Under the pieces are notes generated by a model. That model worked only from the letters and a program-made list of their open reading frames with translations. It searched no databases and was not told the origin of the DNA. Both the position numbers and the translations under genes were made by a program. Below are positions 21,601 to 30,637 of a stretch of DNA of 64,000 nt, in pieces. This stretch comes from Planctomycetota bacterium. Lineage in GTDB: Bacteria > Planctomycetota > B15-G4. Each line of letters begins with the position of its first letter. Within the stretch, counting starts at the first letter, position 1. Where the stretch lies: contig JBBQUR010000010.1 in assembly GCA_038212275.1 (NCBI GenBank), forward strand, positions 96,001 through 160,000, given 5' to 3'.

Positions 21601-22291
21601 CGACCTGCGCTATCGCGCGTGGATCGAGCACAACCGCGCGCTCGTCGCCGAGAAGAGCGGCGGCCGCGTCGGCTACGTGCATGTGCCGGACACCGGCGTG
21701 AACGGGCAGGACAATCTCTTCCGCCAGTTCTTCGGCCAGATCGCGATGCCGGCGCTCATCGTGGACGAGCGCTGGAACGGCGGCGGGCAGATCCCGACGC
21801 GCTTCATCGAGCTGCTGAACCGGCCGCCCACCAACATGTGGGCCGTGCGCGGCAGCAAGTCGATCGTGTGGCCGCCGGACAGCCGGCAGGGGCCGCAATG
21901 CATGCTCATCAATCAGCGTGCAGGCTCGGGCGGCGACGCCTTCCCGTACTACTTCCGGCAGGCGAAGCTCGGCCCGCTGATCGGCGTGCGCACGTGGGGC
22001 GGGCTCGTGGGCATCGGCGACCTGCCGGACTTCCTCGACGGCGCGTCGGTCTCCGTCCCGAACTTCGCCTTCTACGAGAACGACGGCACGTGGGGTGTCG
22101 AGGGCCACGGCGTGGACCCGGACATCGAGGTCATCGACGACCCGGCGCTCATGGTGACGGGCGGCGACCCGCAGCTCGACAAGGCCATCGAGGTCATGGT
22201 CGACGCGCTGCGCGATCGTCCGTTCGTCGCGCCGCCGGTGCCGGCCTTCCCGGATCGGAGCGGGATGGGCCTGAAGGCGGAGGATCGTTGA
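18605..22291 (+). CDS. Tricorn-like protease (S41 family)
   Basis: PD40/beta-propeller repeats, PDZ region, GYVHVPD, DERWNGGG, AGSGGDAF, RTWGGLVG, EGHGVDPD. Confidence 0.93.
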   Translation: MLRSIHEVTSSPSIPLRAALVLACCAAPTTVAAARDTSSALPAPPAANVPPPALVAASDTTPDAGMLRYPDISASQIAFVYADDIWVVSRDGGQAAPLASPAGPELFPRFSPDGKTLAFVGNYDGNRDLYTLEVGGGLAKRITHHPMPEQLCDWTPDGSSLIFASGHAAPLGGRQSQLFTVAAGGGLPVRLPVPYGGNGALSADGQWLAYVPVPFDFRTWKRYEGGTAMDVWLFDLQNHVSRRMTDWAGTDTQPMWHGKTVYYLSDAGSNHVLNLWSFDTLSGARSQSTDLGDFDVRWPAIGPGPDGSGEIVFQHGSALKVFDCKTRNVRTVPVTIPGDRPTLRPRTVDVAEAASSWSLSPSGKRALCEARCDIWTLGAENGSPRNLTATDGVSERYPAWSPDGEWVAYSSDADGEYELWMRASDGKGAPRQLTDGHAAFFSDVQWSPDSARLSFSDQLGTLYVHDVKAGTTSTVDKDPFAATPEVSWSHDGSWLAYTKTGDNQLTSLWLHDTQAGSTAQLTAGRFRDTSPAFDREGKYLFFASARDISQPIYEDLGTTFVYAATQRLLLVPLRADVPSPWLPESDEELYGAAKEKAAAEHEGKGHADSKHDKADDDDAADEDGRGGDHEDGDDDDAHDDDHDDTPAADGKSAADKPKERLKIDVEGFERRAILLPVERGSFGGLQVDHEGKLIFARGAAPGSDEPPSIRLFDPAAKDAEGQKEEVLAEKADEFALSADGEKLLVVTDGEVSIRNAAPGAKAKPVSTAGMTVTVDPRAEWREIYVDAWRRYRDWFYDPNMHGVNWPQMRTRYEALLAECVSREDVSYVIRELISELNVGHAYYNTGESEDQPEMSVGLLGVDFALEQGAYRIATIFEGAPWDVDARGPLSQPGVAVKAGDWLLAVDGVPLDTTRDPWAAFQDKAGRVVTLTVSDKPTLEAATTVAAASAVTQPAVTQPAVTQPGVTQPAGSQPAAPTATATATATGQRDVIVEPIASESDLRYRAWIEHNRALVAEKSGGRVGYVHVPDTGVNGQDNLFRQFFGQIAMPALIVDERWNGGGQIPTRFIELLNRPPTNMWAVRGSKSIVWPPDSRQGPQCMLINQRAGSGGDAFPYYFRQAKLGPLIGVRTWGGLVGIGDLPDFLDGASVSVPNFAFYENDGTWGVEGHGVDPDIEVIDDPALMVTGGDPQLDKAIEVMVDALRDRPFVAPPVPAFPDRSGMGLKAEDR

Positions 22292-22331
22292 AGCGCGGCT
22301 GAGCCTCGCTCTCGCGCCGGGCGAACCCGGC

Positions 22332-22435
22332 GGCGTCAGGTGGCGGTGCGATGTGCCGGCGTCAGGTGCCGGCGCGACGTGGCGGCGTCACGTGGCGGCG
22401 TCAGGTGGCGGCGCGGCGTGCCGGCGTCAGGTGGC
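22332..22435. repeat. Tandem array of about 8 degenerate 13-bp units (GGCGTCAGGTGGC) at the metG 3' end
   Basis: TCA recurs at 22336, 22362, 22388, 22401 and 22427 (multiples of 13); the last unit contains the metG stop. Confidence 0.8.
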
Positions 22436-24373
22436 GGCGTGTGCCGAATGCAGGCGCTGGCGTTCGGCGGCGATGACCGCGTCCTCGATCTTCGCGAAGA
22501 GAATGCCCGGCGTGCCGAGCACGTGGCCGGCGGGAAGCACCGGCGCTTCCCAGCGGACGCTGGCTTCGGGCAGCGCGAGCATCGTGCGCAGGTGCGCGGC
22601 GGCGCTCGGCGTGAACGGAGCCAGCAGCACGGACAGCGCGGCCACCACCTGCAGGTGCTCGTGGATCTGGCGGCCGCAGAGGTCCAGGTCGGACTTGCGC
22701 GTTTTCCACGGCGCGTGCTCGTCGAAGAGCTTGTTGGCCCAGCGGCCGAAGTCGGTCACGCCGGCGGCGGCGCGACGGAACTCGCAGGCGGCCAGCGCGG
22801 CGCCGACCTCGCGCAGCGCGGCGTCGCAGCGCTCATGCGTCGCGTGCAGGCTCTCCGAGGTGCCGCCGGAGAGGCCGGCGGCGCCCGAGTCGCCGCGCGT
22901 CGGAGCGGGGGGCACCTTGCCGCCAAGGTGCGCTGCGGCGAACTTCAGCACGCGCGCGCAGTAGTTGCCGAGCGTGTCGCACAGGTCGGCATTGACGGCA
23001 TTCTGCAGCGCGTTGAACGTGAACTGGCTGTCGCCGACCTCGGGCATCGACACGCAGAGGTACCAGCGCAGCGCATCCGCGCTGAAGAGCTCGAACATGC
23101 GCGCGTTGTCGAGCGTCCATTGGTCGCTGGTTGAGAACTTGCGGCCCTCGAGGTTGTAGAACTCGTTGGCGGGCACGTCCTCGGGCAGCACCCAGGCCTC
23201 GCCCTTGCGCGGCCCGTACAGCGGGCGGCCCGGGGCGAAGCTGCCCTTGGGAAGCTTTTCGTCGGCGCCGGCCTCGCCCTGGCCGGCGAGCATCGCGGGG
23301 AACACGATGCCATGGAAGGGAATGTTGTCCTTGCCGATGAAGTGCACCAGCCGAGGGCCGGCGCTGGCGCTGGCCGATGCGCTGACGCTCGGGCCGATCC
23401 AGTAGCGGCGCCAGTCGTCCGCCTGGGCGGAGCCGCCGCCGGAGGCCTCGCTGCGCTGGTCACCGCGTGCCGCGCGGCCGGCGGCCCACTCGATGGTGGC
23501 CGAGATGTAGCCGATCGGCGCATCGAACCAGACGTAGAGCACCTTGCCCGACACGTCGCCGAGCGACTTGCCGTCCAGGCCCTTCTCGGGGAGCGGCACG
23601 CCCCACGGCAGGTCGCGCGAGATCGGCCGACCATGCAGCTTCTCGCCGTCGATGAGCTTGTCGAACATCATGGCGCGCACGTTCGGCTTGAGGCGGGTGC
23701 GCATCGCCTGCAGGTAGCGCACGAAGCCCGGCCCGTAGGCTTCGGCAAGCCGGGTGCTGTCGCCAGAGATAGGTGCGAGGTCCAGCTCGAACTGCCAGGC
23801 GGTCTTCAGCTGCAGGGCGTCGGTCGGGTCGAGGGTCGAAACGGGGGCGATGAGCTTCGTGGCGTCGAGCCATGCGCCGCACTTGGGGCATTCGTCGCCG
23901 CGCGCGGGGTCGTGGCCGCAAAGGTAGCAGCGGCCGCGCACGTAGCGGTCCGCGAGGAAGCGGCCGGTTTTCTGCGACCAGAGTTGCTGCACGTCACGGC
24001 GCACGAGCAGGCCGGCTCGCAGCAGACGCAGGAAGAACTCCTGGCTCAGCGGATAGTGCGGCTCGCGGTTGGTGGTGCGCGAGAAGTGGTCGAAGCGGAT
24101 GTCGAAGCGATCGAAGAGCGCCTCGATCTCGCCGTGCCAGTGATCCACGTAGGCCTGGTAGCTCTGGCCTTCCTTCTCGGCGTTGAGCGTGATGGCGACG
24201 CCGTGCTCGTCCGTGCCGCACACGTAGACGACGTCGCTGCCAGCGAGGCGGTGGTATCGCGCGAAGATGTCGGCGGGCAGGTAGGCACCGGCGATGTGGC
24301 CGAAGTGCAGCGGGCCGTTCGCGTACGGCAGCGCCGATGTGACGAGCAAGGGGCGTGGATCGGGAGCATTCAT
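22427..24373 (-). CDS. metG: Methionine--tRNA ligase (no C-terminal tRNA-binding dimerisation domain)
   Basis: TSALPYANGPLHFGH, GTDEHG, zinc knuckle, LYVWFDAPIGY, HFIGKDN, KFSTS. Confidence 0.95.
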   Translation of the reverse strand: MNAPDPRPLLVTSALPYANGPLHFGHIAGAYLPADIFARYHRLAGSDVVYVCGTDEHGVAITLNAEKEGQSYQAYVDHWHGEIEALFDRFDIRFDHFSRTTNREPHYPLSQEFFLRLLRAGLLVRRDVQQLWSQKTGRFLADRYVRGRCYLCGHDPARGDECPKCGAWLDATKLIAPVSTLDPTDALQLKTAWQFELDLAPISGDSTRLAEAYGPGFVRYLQAMRTRLKPNVRAMMFDKLIDGEKLHGRPISRDLPWGVPLPEKGLDGKSLGDVSGKVLYVWFDAPIGYISATIEWAAGRAARGDQRSEASGGGSAQADDWRRYWIGPSVSASASASAGPRLVHFIGKDNIPFHGIVFPAMLAGQGEAGADEKLPKGSFAPGRPLYGPRKGEAWVLPEDVPANEFYNLEGRKFSTSDQWTLDNARMFELFSADALRWYLCVSMPEVGDSQFTFNALQNAVNADLCDTLGNYCARVLKFAAAHLGGKVPPAPTRGDSGAAGLSGGTSESLHATHERCDAALREVGAALAACEFRRAAAGVTDFGRWANKLFDEHAPWKTRKSDLDLCGRQIHEHLQVVAALSVLLAPFTPSAAAHLRTMLALPEASVRWEAPVLPAGHVLGTPGILFAKIEDAVIAAERQRLHSAHAAT

Positions 24374-24453
24374 CAGCTTGTGTGTAGCAAAAAAGGTGAC
24401 AGACGCGAGCGCCGCTGCCGTGTCGCAGGGGTCCGCCAGTGTGCCGGGTCAGC

Positions 24454-24852
24454 CTACTGCAGGCGATCCCGCGCCGCTGCCGGGTGGTCGAGCCCATTCA
24501 GGCCGGCGCGCATGGCGTCTGCCGCCGACAGCGAAATCCTGAGCGCGCGGTGTCCGACGCCCGTCAACTCGAAGAAGCGGCGCGGATGCGGGCCAGTCGA
24601 ACCGGCACCGGCGAGCACCGAGCCAACGACGTAGCCCCGCAGCTCGAGCCGCTTGAGGGCCTTGTAGACCGAGGCGTAAAGCAACTCACGCCCCGTGCGC
24701 TTGCGGATCTCATGACAGAGGAAGACGCCGTAGCTCCGGGGGCCGAGCCGCGCGACCGCCAGGAGCGAGAGCTGCTCCAGGCCGCCGAGCAGAACCGGTT
24801 GCTCCTCGTCGTAGGCGGACGGGTCCGTGGCGTATCCGATGCCTCTTCGCAT
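24454..24852 (-). CDS. PadR-family transcriptional regulator
   Basis: LGGLEQLSLLAV...YG...SVYKALKRLELRGYV...RRFFELTGVG. Confidence 0.8.
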   Translation of the reverse strand: MRRGIGYATDPSAYDEEQPVLLGGLEQLSLLAVARLGPRSYGVFLCHEIRKRTGRELLYASVYKALKRLELRGYVVGSVLAGAGSTGPHPRRFFELTGVGHRALRISLSAADAMRAGLNGLDHPAAARDRLQ

Positions 24853-24973
24853 GCTCGTGCCGACGGCCTCGACCCCGCCACGTGACATCCCGGCCGGCGG
24901 AAATTCCTGTGTGGTGCGTCGCCGCGGCTCGGCGTCGCGTCGCGGCGGCTCATGGCGAGGGCGATCCGCGCCG

Positions 24974-25010
24974 CCGTGTGATGTTGAGGCAGTGCCTCTA
25001 CATCACACGG
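24974..25010. promoter_or_regulatory. 37-bp near-perfect palindrome upstream of the PadR gene (candidate operator)
   Basis: CCGTGTGATGT-T-GAGGCA-G-TGCCTC-T-ACATCACACGG, one mismatched pair. Confidence 0.6.
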
Positions 25011-25182
25011 GTCGCCTGGCGCCCCGGCGAGAGGTCCGATCCCGGCAGGAAATCGTCCCCGGCGAGAGTGCTGGCCGCTGGCCGCGAGTCGAAACCCGCC
25101 AGCGGCGCGCCGAAACCTGCGAGCGGCGCGCAGGAAGCCGCGCGGCGGGCGCTGGCCGCCGGAATGCAGCGTGCCGGCGTGT

Positions 25183-26001
<819 letters not shown>

Positions 26002-26011
26002 GGGCCGCGTT

Positions 26012-26791
26012 CTAGCGCCGGTCCGCGAGTTCGGCACGCAGGCAGAGGAGGGTCGCGCCGACCACCGCGAAGGGCGCCAGGGGCGGCAGCAGGCTGACCG
26101 GTATCCCCAGGCCGAGGAGAAGCCCCGGATGCCGGCGCGCCCAGAGTCGCCGGGCCGGCGCACCCAGCCGCTGCCGGGCCAGCGTGATGTCCGCGAGCCC
26201 GAATCCCGTGAAGAAGAACCCGGCCAGCATGAACAGCGGCGCGCCGATCGCCGTGAAGCTGAGCAGGAACAGCAGCGACAGGATGCAAGCCTGCATGGCG
26301 GCCAGCGACAGCGCCGCACCCAGGGCGGCCCACGCATCGCCGAGCACCGCCGACCACGGCCGCGCCTCCTCCGCGCGGCGCTCCACGAGCCGCTGCACCT
26401 GCTCCGAGAGCAGCTCGTAGAACGGGGCGTTGATGACGCTGGACGCCAGCAGCGTCACGAGCAGCGCCGCGAGGAAGGAGACCACGGTCAGCAGCACGCC
26501 GACCACCGGCGCAAGAAAGGAGCGCATGCCGTCGAACCAGCCCCAGGACGCCTCCGCGAGGTTGGCCTGCATCCCCTGGGCGACATTCCAGCCCAGCAGG
26601 AAGAGCAGGCCGAAGGTCACGGTGTTGATGAGCAGCGGCACGACGATCCAGACCCACAGGCGCGGGTGGTGGCCGACGAGCCGCGCACCGGTCAGGGCGC
26701 CCGCCAGGCCGTCGGCGAATCCGGGCTTGCGTCTGATGGTCGTGCGCGCTGACGCGCGCGTCGGCGCGGGAGTAGGCGTGGGAGCGGACAT
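26012..26791 (-). CDS. EI24/CysZ-like membrane protein
   Basis: LWVWIVVPLLIN, INAPFYELLSEQV, several transmembrane segments. Confidence 0.75.
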   Translation of the reverse strand: MSAPTPTPAPTRASARTTIRRKPGFADGLAGALTGARLVGHHPRLWVWIVVPLLINTVTFGLLFLLGWNVAQGMQANLAEASWGWFDGMRSFLAPVVGVLLTVVSFLAALLVTLLASSVINAPFYELLSEQVQRLVERRAEEARPWSAVLGDAWAALGAALSLAAMQACILSLLFLLSFTAIGAPLFMLAGFFFTGFGLADITLARQRLGAPARRLWARRHPGLLLGLGIPVSLLPPLAPFAVVGATLLCLRAELADRR

Positions 26792-26908
26792 CGGCCGCAG
26801 ATCATCGGTGCGACGCCGGGCCTGCGCCAGCCCGTGGCGCTGCGCGCCGCGCGCCGCTACATTCGCCGCGATGTCCCTCGTGCCTCACATGGCGGCGGCT
26901 TTTCACCC

Positions 26909-27922
26909 ATGACGGCCGCAGCCACGGCGCCGCTGCCGCATGTCGTCATCCTGGCCACCGGCGGCACCATTGCCGGCGTGTCGGCGTCGCCCAGCGACAG
27001 CAGCAGCTACACGTCGGGCGCGCTGCCCGTGGAGTCGCTGCTGCAGGCGGTGCCGCAGCTCCGCGAGCTGGCCCATGTGCGCGCCGAGCAGGTCGCATCC
27101 ATCGGCAGCCAGGACATGGACGACGCGCTCTGGATTGCGCTCGCGCGGCGCATCCGCGCGCTGCTCGCGGAGCCGGAGGTGGACGGCATCGTCGTCACGC
27201 ACGGCACCGACACGCTCGAGGAGACGGCCTACTTCCTCAACCTCGTCCTGCCGACGGACAAGCCGCTGGTGCTCACCGGCGCCATCCGGCCGGCCAACGC
27301 GCTCTCGGCGGACGGGCCGCTCAACCTGTTCAACGCGGTGGCCGTGGCTGCAAATCCCGCGGCCGCCCGGCACGGCGCGCTGGTCGTGGCCAACGACGTG
27401 ATCCACGGCGCGCGCGAGGTCACCAAGACGCAGACGCTCTCGGTGCAGGCCTTCGAGTCCATGCTCGGCGGCCCGATCGGCTCGCTGCATTACGGGAGCA
27501 TGCAGTTCTTCCGCGCGCCGGCGCACCGGCGCCTGCTCGATGACGCGGCGCTCGCCGTGCTGACCACGCCGCTGCCGCGCGTCGAGATCATCTACGCGCA
27601 CGCCAACATGTGCGGCGAACTCATCGACCTCACGGTGCAGGCCGGCGCGCGCGGCCTCGTGCTGGCCGGCGTGGGCGACGGCAACGCGAGCCAGACGGCG
27701 CTCGCGGCCTTGGCCCGCGCGTCGAAGCGCGGCGTGCCGGTGGTCCGCAGCACGCGCGCCGACGGCGGCGCCGTGCTCCGCAACGCCGAGGTGGACGACG
27801 ACGCGCAGGGTTTCGTGGCCGCCGGCGTCCTCAACCCGCAGAAGGCCCGCATCCTGCTGGCCCTCGCGCTGCGCACGACCACGGACCCGCGCGCCATCCA
27901 GGCGCTGTTCGACACGTACTGA
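26909..27922 (+). CDS. L-asparaginase (type II-like, no obvious signal peptide)
   Basis: ATGGTIAG, HGTDTLEETAYF, SADGPLNL, GVGDGN, LNPQKARILL. Confidence 0.92.
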   Translation: MTAAATAPLPHVVILATGGTIAGVSASPSDSSSYTSGALPVESLLQAVPQLRELAHVRAEQVASIGSQDMDDALWIALARRIRALLAEPEVDGIVVTHGTDTLEETAYFLNLVLPTDKPLVLTGAIRPANALSADGPLNLFNAVAVAANPAAARHGALVVANDVIHGAREVTKTQTLSVQAFESMLGGPIGSLHYGSMQFFRAPAHRRLLDDAALAVLTTPLPRVEIIYAHANMCGELIDLTVQAGARGLVLAGVGDGNASQTALAALARASKRGVPVVRSTRADGGAVLRNAEVDDDAQGFVAAGVLNPQKARILLALALRTTTDPRAIQALFDTY

Positions 27923-27943
27923 GGCGGCAGGAATCAGGCCGCG

Positions 27944-28297
27944 TTGCGGGTCAGATTCAGCGCGGGGAAGTCACAGTCCTGCACGTGCCCGATTCGCGAC
28001 GCAGCGCGTCTCGCATCCACCGAGGGGAAACGAGACGCGCTGCGTCTCGAATCGGGCGAGGGCACGATCCGCCACATGGGAGGTGGAGAATTGAGCTGGA
28101 TCCACGACAGGCTGCTGCTGAAGGTCGAGAACCCTGCGGCTCGCAAATGGCACATGATCGAGGCCGCCGGCCAGCATTGGTCAGCCCGCCAGCTCGACCG
28201 GCAGATCGCGGTGCTCCATTGCGAGCGCCTGCTGACGCTGGCGCTGCTGCGCACCCGGGATCCGGTGGCCAACCATGCGCTGTTCGACGCGTGGTGA
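27944..28297 (+). pseudogene. Fragment of a YhcG/DUF1016 N-terminal domain
   Basis: IRDAARL/KRDALRLES repeats followed by LSWIHDRLLLKVENPAARKW...WSARQLDRQI...ERLL; lacks the N-terminus and the PD-(D/E)XK domain. Confidence 0.7.
27987..28057. repeat. 27-bp inverted repeat (1 mismatch) within the YhcG fragment
   Basis: GCCCGATTCGCGACGCAGCGCGTCTCG...CGAGACGCGCTGCGTCTCGAATCGGGC. Confidence 0.8.
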
Positions 28298-28349
28298 GAC
28301 AGAGGGGGGCCGGCGCAGGTTTCAATGGGTCGAGGGTGACTCGGACTCA

Positions 28350-28737
28350 ACACCCATCCAGGCACGAGGTGCACATTCTCGGGGTTGATGGGAGGTAGGG
28401 GAACCGGCGGCTTGAATGGTTCGGCGCGGATCCGGACGACTTCCGTGATGAGTAGGCGTGAGCGCTCGATGGGATCGGCGACCGGGGTGTCGAACACGAT
28501 GCGCAGGAGCCGCTCTTCCCGCCTCGACCACGGGGCATCGATGGCGTTGAGCGCGCGCCATGCGGCCGCTTCGCGGGCCCCTTCAGTCACTGCGCGTGAA
28601 CGAGATCTGGGCAACGCAGGCAACTGGGGCAGAGGTGGTTTCCGCGAGTTCAATCGCTCCGCGATCCGATCCGGCGCCAAGGAGCACAGTCTCGCTTCAG
28701 AATCACGGCTTTCGTGAAAGGTCTCGATGGCGTGAAT
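28350..28737 (-). pseudogene. Chimeric remnant: short copy of an RM-enzyme C-terminus joined to a probable helicase C-terminal fragment
   Basis: IHAIETFHESRDSEARL (resembles 30686-30736), then APWSRREERLLR...EPFKPPVPLPPINPENVHLV, recalled as similar to C-termini of RM-associated SNF2/PLD helicases. Confidence 0.4.
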
Positions 28738-28973
28738 CCTCCGGCTTGCCTGGACGCTGCGAGGCCTCCGGGCGCGGCTCGGCGCCGGGCAGCAGGTGCA
28801 CCCGAAGCAGGCAACTCCGCAGGACTAGCGCGCGGGTTCCCGCCAAGCCGCCGCGCCCGGCGTCGAAGGAATTGCGAATCGGTCAACGCTGCGCCAGTGC
28901 TTGGGCTTCCCGACAGCCTGGCCGCGTCAAGGAAGGTCCATCGTTCGCTCGCAGCCATCGTTATCATCCCCCC

Positions 28974-29708
28974 ATGCCAACGATCCGACACCTTTCACGC
29001 GCACCCGTCGTTGAGGCGCTGATCGACTACCGTGTCAAGGCACGCCCGGATCTGGATGTCGCCGAATTTCTTGCATGCCGCCCTAGCGTCATCTCCCGGT
29101 TTCCGAGGCATCACGAGCAGCGACGGATCGAGGCGCAGATCAACATCTCGGACGCGAAGGCGAAGGCGCCCGTGTTGGAGGATCTGGGCGTCCTCGGTCA
29201 CGTATTCGTCAGCGAGGACGGGAAGACGTTCGCACAGTTTCGCGCCGATGGCTTCACGCTCAACAAGCTCCAGCCCTATTCGAGCTGGGATGAGCTGTTC
29301 CCCTTGGCCACGGAACTATGGAAACTCTATTCGACGGTGGCCCGGCCGGTGAGCGTGACGCGGGTGGCGGTTCGCACGATCAATAGAATCCGCATGCCTG
29401 TTTCAGACGTTCATTTTGAGGACTTTTTCGTTGCATCTCCCAGCATTCCTCCCGAATTGCCGCAGCATGTGAGTGGTTTTTCAAGTCAACTCACGATCCC
29501 TGATCCTGCACGGGGGGTCGCAGCGCACATCGTCCAGGTGTTGGAGCGCGGTGCAGAAGGCATCTCCGTGATTCTCGACGTGGACGCCTTCAAGGACGGT
29601 CCGATTGTCGACGCGCAGCTTCCAACCGCCTTCGCAACGCTTCGTGAATTCAAGAACCTCATCTTCTTCAGCATGGTCACTGACCGATGCCTGCGAGACT
29701 TTGACTGA
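28974..29708 (+). CDS. TIGR04255-family protein
   Basis: HLSRAPVVEALIDYRV, QFRADGFTLNKLQPYSSW, VTRVAVRTINRI, VILDVDAF, LREFKNLIFF. Confidence 0.85.
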   Translation: MPTIRHLSRAPVVEALIDYRVKARPDLDVAEFLACRPSVISRFPRHHEQRRIEAQINISDAKAKAPVLEDLGVLGHVFVSEDGKTFAQFRADGFTLNKLQPYSSWDELFPLATELWKLYSTVARPVSVTRVAVRTINRIRMPVSDVHFEDFFVASPSIPPELPQHVSGFSSQLTIPDPARGVAAHIVQVLERGAEGISVILDVDAFKDGPIVDAQLPTAFATLREFKNLIFFSMVTDRCLRDFD

Positions 29709-30202
29709 TGATGCTCGCTTGCCCAGCCGTCGCTCCCGCCGCACCTGACGGCACAGTCTCCTACGCGATCTACGATGAAGGTGCCGGGGTTTGGGATCCG
29801 ATGGACTCCGCGATCGACCCAGGCAGAAGCGTCTCCGTGGGTGATGTGAATCGCAGAGTAGTATTCACACGGTTCGTGGCGGCGGCTGCGGCGGCTCAGC
29901 ATGACAATTGGGATGCGCTTGGATCCGCCCGAGTGCAGCCAGGCTCCTTCATCTACGCGCGGCGGTTCCTGAATGCGCTTTCAAGTTCGATACCGATGCC
30001 CAGTGTTGCCGTCGAGACCGACGGCGAGATCTGCTTTGATTGGCATCTCGGTCCTCGAAGAACCGTGGCCGTTTCCGTTGGCAGGGATGGCACGCTCGGT
30101 TTTGCAAGCCTGATCGGCGACGAGAGTCTGCACGGCATCTCTCAGTATCGGGACGGCGTCCCGACAGCTATTGCCGCACTTTTGGAACGGCTGGATGCCT
30201 GA
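29708..30202 (+). CDS. Hypothetical protein (putative antitoxin-like middle gene)
   Basis: TGATG coupling to the upstream gene; DNWDALGS...FLNAL...PMPSVAVETDGEICFDW. Confidence 0.7.
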   Translation: MMLACPAVAPAAPDGTVSYAIYDEGAGVWDPMDSAIDPGRSVSVGDVNRRVVFTRFVAAAAAAQHDNWDALGSARVQPGSFIYARRFLNALSSSIPMPSVAVETDGEICFDWHLGPRRTVAVSVGRDGTLGFASLIGDESLHGISQYRDGVPTAIAALLERLDA

Positions 30203-30602
30203 TTGTCCTGACATCGCGGGTGACGAGCAGCTCACTCGGTACGTGTTCCAAAGCAATCAGCTGAGCGGGGAACCTGCTCATGCGACCTATCGAGCTTTCA
30301 TGCCGGACGGCAAGGACAACGAGACGTCCGTGTTTCGCACCGAAGAAATGCACATCTTGGAGATCTGGGACCTCGGTGATCGCGAAGTAGCGCCTGTGCG
30401 CGGCTTCCCCATCATCGGTCGCGCAACGACGCGACCATCCAGCATTGCGAGCGTCGCCCTGCGCGTCGAACCGGATGAGCCGCCCACGCGGCATGCGGCC
30501 ATCCGTGGCTGGCCGGTTCATGTTGACCCTACCGCGAAGAAGACCGCAGCCAAGGCGATAGCGATGCGCTTGGCGGCACTCTCTGAGGCTGAAAGGCGCT
30601 AG
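30195..30602 (+). CDS. Hypothetical protein, putative ADP-ribosyltransferase-like toxin
   Basis: Start overlaps the upstream stop (ATGCCTGA); EQLTRY...AFMP...TSVFR...PDEPPTRHAAIRGWP. Confidence 0.6.
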   Translation: MPDCPDIAGDEQLTRYVFQSNQLSGEPAHATYRAFMPDGKDNETSVFRTEEMHILEIWDLGDREVAPVRGFPIIGRATTRPSSIASVALRVEPDEPPTRHAAIRGWPVHVDPTAKKTAAKAIAMRLAALSEAERR

Positions 30603-30637
30603 TTCGTTCGTGGCCTCGCACGCGGTGCGCTTGATGG

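Noticed and set aside
22332..22435. Repeat array considered as a CRISPR
   Set aside because: Units are contiguous 13-mers without unique spacers, and there are no cas genes in the window
27987..28057. Inverted repeat as an integron attC site or MITE
   Set aside because: No RYYYAAC/GTTRRRY ends, no target duplication and no integrase; it lies within a coding remnant
28560..28973. N-terminal extension of the TIGR04255 ORF given in the ORF track
   Set aside because: Low-complexity and overlapping remnant sequence; family-like sequence starts at ATG 28974, which has a -10-like hexamer just upstream
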